NCBI GenBank assembly: GCA_965243135.1
Contig: OZ251539.1
Coordinates: forward strand, 5,440,001-5,504,000
DNA from: Alphaproteobacteria bacterium
Lineage (GTDB): Bacteria; Pseudomonadota; Alphaproteobacteria; MPNO01; UBA830
Length of the DNA: 64,000 nucleotides
Direction: 5' to 3'
A program made the position numbers and the translations under genes. A model generated the notes under the pieces. The model was not told where the DNA came from, searched no databases, and saw only the letters and a list, made by a program, of their open reading frames with translations. Positions 51,568-60,700 of the stretch are shown one piece after another (the first letter of the stretch is position 1; each line of letters begins with the position of its first letter).

Positions 51568-54278
51568 CGGACGGGTTGGCGTTGCTCAGGACGATGGTCG
51601 GGGCGGTCCTGGCGGACGAGCCGTTGCCGACGCCGGAGAAAATCCGCGAGCTCATCGCCCGGACCCGTGCCGCCTGTCCCGGGGTGACGGACGAGGAAGC
51701 GGAGCATCTGGCGCGGGAGTTCGAAGCCGTTCACGGCGTCACCATGAAGTTGGGCGTCGTCCTTGAGGAGAAAGCGGGCTTCGAGCCGTGGCTGCCGGCC
51801 GCAAAGGCCGGAATCGACAGCTATTTCTGGGATCGATACAGGAAACTGCTCGGAAAGGAAGGATTCTCGGGGCAGGTCCTGGCGCCCATGGACGAGGTCA
51901 CGGACCGCATTCTCGGCCTCCTCGAGAATCCGGACAGGGAAGGCAGATGGGACCGCCGCGGCCTGGTGGTGGGGCCCGTTCAGTCCGGAAAGACCGCCAA
52001 CTACACCGGCCTGCTCTGCAAGGCAGCAGACGCCGGCTACAAGGTGATCGTCGTGATCGCGGGCATACACAACAACCTGCGCAATCAGACGCAGGTGCGC
52101 ATCGACGAGGGGTTCGTCGGCGTCGACAGCGCGAGGATACTCGGAAAGAGGCGGGGCGGCGCGCGCATGGTCGGCGTCGGGCGCATCGATTCCCGGCGCA
52201 AGCCGAGCACCTTCACCAATTCCCTGCGCGATTTCACCAAGGCGATCGCGACCGGCGTCGGCATTCCTCTCGTTAATCTCAAGGAACCGGCAATCTTCGT
52301 GATCAAGAAGAACTCGAACACGCTCGATAACCTGCTCGACTGGCTTCGGGAACACAACGCGCAACGGGACACGTCGTCGATCAATTCGCCGATGCTTCTG
52401 ATCGACGACGAAGCGGACAACGCCTCGATCAACATCAAGAGGGGTTCCGACGAGGTCTCCAGAATAAACGGTCAGATACGAGAGCTCCTCAAGATGTTCG
52501 ACCGAAGCTGCTATGTCGGATACACGGCGACCCCGTTCGCCAACATCTTCATAGATCCCGAAAGCGACGACGCGATGTTCGGGGAAGACCTGTTCCCTCG
52601 CGACTTCATAGTGAGCCTCGACCCGCCCGACAACTACTTCGGTCCGACGGAAGTGTTCGTCGACGACTCGGACCGCGTCGTCCGTCACATCGACGACAAC
52701 GCCGACCTGCTCTCCCTCGCGCACAAGATCGATCATTCGGTAACCGGTCTCCCGGAGAGCCTCGAAACCGCAGTCCGCACCTTCATCGTCGCGAGAGCGA
52801 TCCGGCTGGCGCGCGGGCAGACCAAGCAACACAATTCGATGCTCGTGAACGCGTCCCGTTTCGTGAACGTCCAGCGCCAGCTGCGCAACGAAATCCACGA
52901 GATCGTCGAGCGGATCAGAAGCAGCGTGCGGGTCAACGGCGCGAAACCCGAAGCCGCGGCGTTGCGGGATCCGGAGATCGCGGCGCTTCGCAAGGTCTTC
53001 GACGACGAATACGCCGGGATCTGCGGATGGCGGGACATTCAGGGTCTCCTGCTGGATAGCGTGAGCGCCGTGAAGGTCGTCGAGGTGAACAGCCGGGCCT
53101 CGGGAGCCCTCGACTACGCGGACCACGAGGCGACCGGCCTCAACGTGATTGCGGTCGGGGGTTTTTCCCTTTCCCGGGGGCTCACCCTCCAGGGGCTGAC
53201 CGTCAGCTATTTCCTTCGCAACTCCATGATGTACGACACGCTCATGCAGATGGGCCGATGGTTTGGATATCGGCCCGGATACCAGGACCTGTGCCGCGTC
53301 TGGATGCCGGAGGAGGCGGAAGGCTGGTATGCCCATATCGCCGATTCCATCGAGGAACTGCGGGAGGAACTGCGCAGGATGGAAAGCGTCAAGGCCACTC
53401 CCAGCGAATTTGGTCTCAAGGTGCGCAGCCACCCGGACACGCTCGTCGTAACGGCCCGCAACAAGATGGGGTCGGCCCGGACTCACAAGGTCTCAGTGGA
53501 ACTTGCCAACCGGTTCATCGAAACGGCGGTGTTGCTGCGCGACAGCGAAAGTCTGGAAAGAAATCGCCGCGCGGCCGTCGCTCTCGCGAAAAAACTGCGC
53601 AGTATTGGAAAGACGCCCGAAGGCGGACAGGAGATGAATGGCGGGCGGCTCGTTCGTGCCGTGCCGGCGTCGGTTGTAGTCGACTTCCTCGCGGCGTTCC
53701 GGAACCATCCAGGCGCTCTGATCACGGAAACGGGTCCGGTCCGGAAATACATCCAGAAGCGCAGTGCCGACGAGCTCGCGGAGTGGGATGTCCATTTCGC
53801 CGGCCTTGAACGAGGTTCCCGAGGGTCTCTCGTGGATTCGAGCCTCGGTTTCGATCTGGTCTGCCAGCGTCGAAGTCCGGGGCGGCGCAGCGACGAAGGG
53901 ACGCTGCTGATCACCAACAGGCAGCGGGTGGCTTCCCGGGGGCTGGAGCGGGTCGGGCTGAGCGAGGAACAAATTCGGCTGGCAGAGCAGGAGTATGCGA
54001 AAGGCATTGACCGTTCGCCGGGAGAACCGATCAATTATCCTGATCGAATTTACAGGCAAGCGCGTAAATACCCGCTCCTCGTGGTTCACCTGCTCGCGAT
54101 CGGTGCAGACGAGGACGACGAAACGGATCTGAGCGCGACCGAGCCGACCGTGGCCTGGAGCATCAGTTTCCCGAGGACGGAGCGGGAAGAGACGAAGGTG
54201 GTGTACGACGTCAATACCGTCTGGTTCAAGGAACGCTATCGCGACGAGGACGAGGACGAGGCTGCCGGCGATGACTGA
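51564..54278 (+). CDS. Z1-domain SF2-helicase-like endonuclease subunit (MzaC-like)
   Basis: GPVQSGKT, IDDEAD, GYTATPFAN, LSRGLTL, DTLMQMGRWFGYR. Confidence 0.92.
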   Translation: MTDGLALLRTMVGAVLADEPLPTPEKIRELIARTRAACPGVTDEEAEHLAREFEAVHGVTMKLGVVLEEKAGFEPWLPAAKAGIDSYFWDRYRKLLGKEGFSGQVLAPMDEVTDRILGLLENPDREGRWDRRGLVVGPVQSGKTANYTGLLCKAADAGYKVIVVIAGIHNNLRNQTQVRIDEGFVGVDSARILGKRRGGARMVGVGRIDSRRKPSTFTNSLRDFTKAIATGVGIPLVNLKEPAIFVIKKNSNTLDNLLDWLREHNAQRDTSSINSPMLLIDDEADNASINIKRGSDEVSRINGQIRELLKMFDRSCYVGYTATPFANIFIDPESDDAMFGEDLFPRDFIVSLDPPDNYFGPTEVFVDDSDRVVRHIDDNADLLSLAHKIDHSVTGLPESLETAVRTFIVARAIRLARGQTKQHNSMLVNASRFVNVQRQLRNEIHEIVERIRSSVRVNGAKPEAAALRDPEIAALRKVFDDEYAGICGWRDIQGLLLDSVSAVKVVEVNSRASGALDYADHEATGLNVIAVGGFSLSRGLTLQGLTVSYFLRNSMMYDTLMQMGRWFGYRPGYQDLCRVWMPEEAEGWYAHIADSIEELREELRRMESVKATPSEFGLKVRSHPDTLVVTARNKMGSARTHKVSVELANRFIETAVLLRDSESLERNRRAAVALAKKLRSIGKTPEGGQEMNGGRLVRAVPASVVVDFLAAFRNHPGALITETGPVRKYIQKRSADELAEWDVHFAGLERGSRGSLVDSSLGFDLVCQRRSPGRRSDEGTLLITNRQRVASRGLERVGLSEEQIRLAEQEYAKGIDRSPGEPINYPDRIYRQARKYPLLVVHLLAIGADEDDETDLSATEPTVAWSISFPRTEREETKVVYDVNTVWFKERYRDEDEDEAAGDD

Positions 54279-55275
54279 TGGCGACCCCTGGAAGGAGATC
54301 GCGCCCCCCGACCGGGCGCCCAGCGTCAGCGCGCGGCGGGTGGATCCGGCGCTGCCCTGGGGCGTGTTCTGGGCCGTGGATTCCGACAGGAACTGTCTGC
54401 TGGTCCTGCAGCACCGCAAGGAGATCGAGGCTCCGCATCGGTTGCCGAGGCTGCGGGGGCTGCGGGTCGATGCCCATGCTCCGGCCGACGGACCGCACGA
54501 CTCGCTCGTCATTCGGCTTGTGGACAGGGAACAACGAGAAATCTTCCATCGCCTCTGTCTCGACATCGTGGCGGCGACCGGTCTGGCGAAGACAGAGCAA
54601 CAGGCGATGCAGCGCTTTCTCGCGCGGACCTGGCGGTGGCACAGGTTGCTCACGGGCGCTCGCGACGGACGGTTGAGCGACGAGGAGCAGAAGGGCCTTC
54701 TGGGCGAACTCGGCGTGCTTGAAAAGCGCCTCGTTCCCGCTCTCGGCGCTGCGGAAGCGGTGAGGTGCTGGACGGGTCCGCTGGACTCGCCGAAGGACTT
54801 CGAGATCGGCGGGACATGCGTCGAGGCGAAGACGCGTCGCGGGGCCGCAGCGCCCCATGTGGCCGTCTCCTCGGAGCATCAGCTGGATTCGAGCGGCGTG
54901 GACGCCCTGTTCCTGCACGTGGCGGAGGTGAGCGCCGGCGGACCGGACGCCGCGGGCGCGGTCACGGTCGCGGAGGCCGCGCGCGACCTCCGCGAGATGT
55001 TCGCCGAATGCGACATGGCCGCCGTCGACCTGCTTGAGGAACGGTTGACGGCGGCCGGATTCGAGTGGACGGACGACTATTCGGACAAACGCTGGATCCT
55101 CGGACGCGAACACCTGTTCGAGGTTCGCGAAGGATTTCCGCGAGTCGTGCCGTCCATGTTGCCGTGCGGAGTCTCGAACCTGCGGTACTCGATTTCCCTG
55201 CGGGACTGCGAGCCGTTCCGGGTCGAAGCGGCGGCTCTCGTCGAAGCGATATCGGGAGAGGACGATGACGGTTGA
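54271..55275 (+). CDS. PD-(D/E)xK DUF4420 protein (MzaD-like)
   Basis: GLLGEL, WTGP...KDF...VEAKT, SSEHQL. Confidence 0.9.
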   Translation: MTDGDPWKEIAPPDRAPSVSARRVDPALPWGVFWAVDSDRNCLLVLQHRKEIEAPHRLPRLRGLRVDAHAPADGPHDSLVIRLVDREQREIFHRLCLDIVAATGLAKTEQQAMQRFLARTWRWHRLLTGARDGRLSDEEQKGLLGELGVLEKRLVPALGAAEAVRCWTGPLDSPKDFEIGGTCVEAKTRRGAAAPHVAVSSEHQLDSSGVDALFLHVAEVSAGGPDAAGAVTVAEAARDLREMFAECDMAAVDLLEERLTAAGFEWTDDYSDKRWILGREHLFEVREGFPRVVPSMLPCGVSNLRYSISLRDCEPFRVEAAALVEAISGEDDDG

Positions 55276-57331
55276 CGAGTTCGCGCAGGACTTCTTCCAG
55301 GAGGTCGTCGGCCAGTCCGACGCGGAAGGAAAGTTCGCGGAGGACGTCTTCTTCGAGAGGTTCTGCGAACATCTGACGGACGCCGGCGAGATCGAGACCG
55401 CGGACCGGGCCGCCTTCGCCGCGCCGAGAGGGGGGATCAGGGTCGACGGTTACGGCGGCGACCCGACAGACAGCGATTCGGGTACGTTCAGCCTCATCGT
55501 TTCGGATTTCCATCAGGCCCGGGAGACCGGGCGCCTGGTGGAAACCGAGATGAACGCGATCTTTCGCCGCCTGCTGAATTTCCTGCGGAAGGCCCTCGAT
55601 CCGGATTGGCGCAACGCGCTTGAGGAGACGAGCCCGGCTTTCGGACTCGCCGACCTGATCGCCCAGCGCTGGAACAAGATCGACAAGGTGCGCTTTTTCC
55701 TGATCAGCAACCGCGAGTTGAGCGACCGGGTCGACAGGCGCGACGCGGAGGAACTGGACGAAAGGACCGTCACCTACAGCGTCTGGGACATCCGCCGTCT
55801 CCACAGGTTCGCGACGATGGGGCACGGCCGGGAGGACATCGACATAGATCTGGAGCGGGATTTCGGCGGCGCGCTGGCCGTCCTTCCGGCGCAGCAGGCC
55901 GAAGCCGGTCATGAATCGTATCTTGCGGTCGTTCCCGGGCCGGTTCTGGCGAACATCTACGACCGCTGGGGCACGCGCCTTCTGGAACAGAACGTCAGGG
56001 TCTTCCTGCAGGCCCGCGGCAAGGTGAACAAGGGGATCAGGAAGACCCTCGAAACCGAACCGGCGATGTTCTTCGCCTACAACAACGGCATCACCGCGAC
56101 CGCGGAAGAAATAGCGGTGGACGAGGCGGAAGGGCGCCTGCTCCTTCGGCGCCTGAAGAATTTCCAGATCGTGAACGGAGGGCAGACCACCGCGTCCATT
56201 CACGTCGCCCATCGCGGCAAGGTCGATCTGTCCCGACTCTTCGTCCAGATGAAGCTCTCCGTCGTGGACTCCGGGCAGGCCGAGGCGATCGTTCCGAAGA
56301 TATCGGAGTACGCCAACAGCCAGAATCGCGTGAACGCAGCGGACTTCTTCGCCAATCATCCGTTCCACATCCGGCTGGAGGAATTTTCCCGCCGAATCTA
56401 TGCCCCGCCGCCCGACGGCACCTTTCGCCAGTCCAAGTGGTTCTACGAGCGGGCTCGGGGGCAATATGCGGATGCGCGCGCCCTTCTGACGGCTGCCGGG
56501 CGCAAGAAGTTCGACCTCGAGAATCCGCGCTCGCAACTGTTTTCGAAAACGGATCTCGCCAAGTTCCTGAACGTCTGGGACCGTTATCCCCACAGGGTCA
56601 GCCTCGGAGCGCAGAAGAACTTCGCGCTCTTCGCCAAGGATATCGGCGGGGCCTGGCAAAAGTATCCCGACAGGTTCAACGAAGGGTGGTACCGCGAGGC
56701 CGTGGCCAAGGCGATCGTCTTCAGGGCGTGCGAGAAGATCGTTTCGGGCCAGCCATGGTATCGGGGCGGATACCGGGCCAACATCGTCGCTTATGCCATC
56801 GCGAAAATGGCCCATGACGTGGGCGAGATGAAGTGCGCGGTCGATTTCCAGTCCGTCTGGGACCGTCAGGCTCCAGGCGACGCCATGGAGTCCGGACTGG
56901 TCCGCGTCGCGGAAGCGGTCCATCAAGTGCTGGTCGATCCGCCCCCGGCAATCAGCAACGTGACCGAATGGGCGAAGAAACAGGCGTGCTGGGATCGCGC
57001 ATCCAGGCTTGAAATCGAGTGGCCCGAGGAATTCCTCGCCGATCTGATTTCCATCGACGAGAAAAAAGCAGCAGCCGCCGACGCCCGGCGGGAACACAGA
57101 CAACTTGAAGGCATCGAAGCGCAGATTTCCGTTACCGAGGCCGGAGGCGAATTCTGGGCAGGCGCTCTCGCATGGGGACGGAAACGGAAGCTGCTGACGC
57201 ACGCGGAAGCAGGGATACTGGAGCTTGCGGCGCAGACCCCGCGAAAGGTTCCGTCCGAAGCGCAGTCCGAGAGGGCCGTGAAGACCCTCCGGAAACTGCA
57301 GGATGAAGGATACGACAAAGAGCTCGCATAG
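55265..57331 (+). CDS. AIPR family protein (MzaE-like)
   Basis: LLEQNVRVFL, FFAYNNGI, QIVNGGQTT, NSQN, FYERARGQY. Confidence 0.92.
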   Translation: MTVDEFAQDFFQEVVGQSDAEGKFAEDVFFERFCEHLTDAGEIETADRAAFAAPRGGIRVDGYGGDPTDSDSGTFSLIVSDFHQARETGRLVETEMNAIFRRLLNFLRKALDPDWRNALEETSPAFGLADLIAQRWNKIDKVRFFLISNRELSDRVDRRDAEELDERTVTYSVWDIRRLHRFATMGHGREDIDIDLERDFGGALAVLPAQQAEAGHESYLAVVPGPVLANIYDRWGTRLLEQNVRVFLQARGKVNKGIRKTLETEPAMFFAYNNGITATAEEIAVDEAEGRLLLRRLKNFQIVNGGQTTASIHVAHRGKVDLSRLFVQMKLSVVDSGQAEAIVPKISEYANSQNRVNAADFFANHPFHIRLEEFSRRIYAPPPDGTFRQSKWFYERARGQYADARALLTAAGRKKFDLENPRSQLFSKTDLAKFLNVWDRYPHRVSLGAQKNFALFAKDIGGAWQKYPDRFNEGWYREAVAKAIVFRACEKIVSGQPWYRGGYRANIVAYAIAKMAHDVGEMKCAVDFQSVWDRQAPGDAMESGLVRVAEAVHQVLVDPPPAISNVTEWAKKQACWDRASRLEIEWPEEFLADLISIDEKKAAAADARREHRQLEGIEAQISVTEAGGEFWAGALAWGRKRKLLTHAEAGILELAAQTPRKVPSEAQSERAVKTLRKLQDEGYDKELA

Positions 57332-57733
57332 CGGACCGCCCATGGAACTGGAGAGGCCGTCCTTTGGGCCCGTGCGGCGTCCGACCGGATCGATACCGGG
57401 CGTCGTCTCGCGCGCAAAGGCGGAGAACTTGTCGGTACGCGGGAATCCTTTTCCGAACCGGGAAATCATGCTTTCCAGCATCTCCGGCTGATGCGGTTCC
57501 AGAGGTCGAATTCCGAGGTCGTTGTGGTATTATGAGGTGGACTGGCTGAGGCGGATCTCTTGATAAATGCGTGGTCGGCATTGTCGGGATTATTGCCAAA
57601 GTGCGGCGAACCCTTGACCGGGATGCTCCAGTCTGCTGAACGTAGGGAATTCGCCAAACCTTTGTGAGTTCTGGATAAGCTGGGCCGTGTTCTACCGCAA
57701 CTGACACTACATGGCGCGGAGCGAGGAATTTCG

Positions 57734-60700
57734 GTGATTGCAACCAACCCGGCATCCAGTGGGCCGGCCGGCTCTCTTTTCGAGGGACAGGTTGGCGCAC
57801 ATTACCTGTTGCGCCTGCTGAAGGGTGCCGAATCACGCGGGCTTCCTGGGGCACGCATTTCCCGTGTTGAATTTCAGAGGGCTGCGGAGGGCCATCCGCT
57901 CGACGATATCGTTGTCCACGCTCATGACCGCGACGGGAAATCGGCGACGTTGGAAATTCAGGTCAAGCGCACCCTGACCTTCGCGCAGTCCGATCAAGGA
58001 TATCGCAAGGTTGTTGCGCAAATCGCTGAGGCAGCTCGCGCCGATCATTTCATTGAATCCGGTCACGAATTCGCCATTGCGGTGGGACGCGGTACTCAAG
58101 CCATCGATGGTCCCTACCAAGACATTCTTTGGTGGGCACGAGAAATGGAATCTGCAGAAGCGTTCATCGCCCGAATCGATCGGCAAGGCTCTGCTAACCG
58201 TAAAATACGCGAATTCTTGCAGAATTTCCGCTCGAATCTGGAGACGGCGGGTATGGATAGCGATGACGGGACTGTATGGCGACTGTTGTCGCGGTTGCAG
58301 ATTCTGCGCTTCGACTTCACGGCACAGGGGTCATCATCTGAAGCATGGGAACGTGAGAGCGCTGTTCAAGCGCTCAATCCGGACAATAGCGAGCTAGCGG
58401 GTGCGCTTCGGGATTGCCTGATCAAATTCGCTGTCGAAACCGCGGCCAAGGGCGGACAAACGAACCAGGATAAATTGCGGAAATATGTCAAGCAACAAGG
58501 ATTCCGACTCGCTGGCGAGAGGCGTTATGCCAGTGCGTTTAGCGCCTTGACAGAAGCTTCTCGACACGCTCTTGCCGATATCGAGGATCGTACAGGAGAT
58601 ATCAGACTGATGCGTAGCGAGCTGGTGCGCCATGTCCGGGAAGCACTTGACCACGGCGGCTACGTCGAAATCCGAGGAGATGCGGGAGTCGGAAAATCGG
58701 GATTGCTGAAACATGTTGCCCAGCAGGTTATGACAGAGTCGGCGGTCATGGTGCTGAGCTCGGACCGAGCCGCTACCGGTGGATGGGGAGCATGGCGGGC
58801 GCAACTTAATTTTGACGGAACGGCGCGGGAACTGTTGATAGAGTTGGCGTTATCCGGGGGAGCGTTCCTGTTTATCGACGGTCTGGATTTCTTTTCCCAT
58901 GACAAGCAAAGTTTGGTCATCGATCTTGTTCGCGAGGCGGCCGAAATTCCCGGTTGCAAGGTCATCGCAACGGCAAGGCGGGAGTTCGGCAGAGGGAATG
59001 GCGACGATAACTGGTTGCCGGAAGAAGCGCTCAAAAAGCTTGGCCGCGTTCCTCCTGTGTGGGTCGAGGAACTGAGTGAGGCCGAGATCAACGATCTACG
59101 GGAATCGCTGCCAGGGATCGCTCCGCTCTTGGCCGACACGCATCCTGCGCGCGATGTTGCGCGAAATCTGTTCCGCTTGGCTCGGCTCGTAAAACAGCCG
59201 GAGAGTACGCAATTTTGGCGGACTGAGATCGACATGGCCGTGGATTGGTGGCAGACGGCTGACGGGGATCACGAAGGTCGCCGCGACCGGCGAAGGTTGT
59301 TGAGCACTCTGGCCGAACAGGCGCTATCGACGGTGCCACTAAATGCCGGAGGTCATCCCGCGGGTTCGATCGATTCCTTGGTGGCGAGCCAGACGCTTCG
59401 AGATCATGGTGGAGACGATGTGGTCTTTCGGCACGATATTTTTCGCGATTGGGCGATCGCCAATTTTCTGCATTCCGGGAACGGGATGACGATAAAGCTT
59501 CCTTTGGATCGCCCGGCGCCGACGGGCTTGGCTCGCGGCGTCGAGCTGGCCGCACGCCTTGCTGTCGAACGTCCCGACGACGGAGTGCCTTGGCGAGCGT
59601 TGCTCGCGGAAGTCAGCAAGGAAGGAGCGCATGCTTCGTGGCGGCGCTGCGTCCTGTTGGCGCTTGTGCGTTCGGAGATTGGCCCCGAATTGTTGAGTCG
59701 AGTTTCGACGGACCTCCTCGACGACGAGGCACGGTTGGCGAAAGAGCTGATCCGAACGGTAATGGCAGTCGATACCAAGCCTTTGTCGGAACTTCTCGTG
59801 GACTCCGATATAAGTGCTAGCGCGGAGGCGGAGAGCATGCCTGTGCCGTACGGCTATTCGTGGTCGCGACTTATTCATTGGCTGCTTTCCCTCGGCGAAA
59901 CTATTCCGGCAGGCATGCTGGCCGACGTGACGGACCTCTTTACGACTTGGTCTATCGGAACTTTCGGAGGCCCTATTTCTAAAGATTTGGCGAAATGGTT
60001 TTATCGCCGATTGATCCAAGATGGCGAAACCCCCAATCATATTTCCGATATCTGCACGGGTTTCCTGAGCGTTTGTCACGGAGAACCGTCCCTTGCCAAG
60101 CAGTACTTGCAATCGCTGATGGGTCTCTCCATCCATCACAATGCCGTTAGCAGCGTAATGGAGCACAGTCTTTCCATTGCAAAGGCCGCGCCGAAGGAAC
60201 TGGCAGAGCTTACCATTTCCGTGCTTTGTCCATGCGAAAGCGAATCCGATGACCAACCGCCATTGCAATTTGCGGATCATGTGTTTTTTCCGCCGGCGCC
60301 AGACCGTGGTCCGTTCCTAGATATTCTCACACACGATTCGGCTATTGGATTGAATCTGATCCGCCGCCTCATTGACCGGGCGGTTGAACTTCTTAGCGGC
60401 GGCGAGCCGCGTCACGCGATTACCGTCTTTTGCACCGACGGAGAGCGCCGTTTCACAGAGTTGCAGAGTTATGCATGGTCTCGCGAGCGGGGAGGCGCGA
60501 GTTTCTGTCTTCAATCCGCGCTCATGGCCTTGGAACTTTGGGCGCATCGGCGAATCGAGGCAGAAGAGCCTGTTGAAAATGTTCTCCTCGATGTGCTTCC
60601 ATCGTCGGGAGGCTCTTCTGCGTATCTCTTGGTAGCGGTCGATTTGCTCATCTTGCATTGGCCTAAGTCGCGCGAGGCGGTGGTTCCTTTCTTAGGTTGT

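Noticed and set aside
49417-57481. Long antisense ORFs (653, 683, 839 aa) opposite the Mza-like operon
   Set aside because: Antisense shadows of genes with strong codon bias.
57332-57733. Structured ncRNA in the AIPR-STAND intergenic region
   Set aside because: No recognisable RNA motif, repeat or strong stem found by eye; a covariance-model search would be needed.
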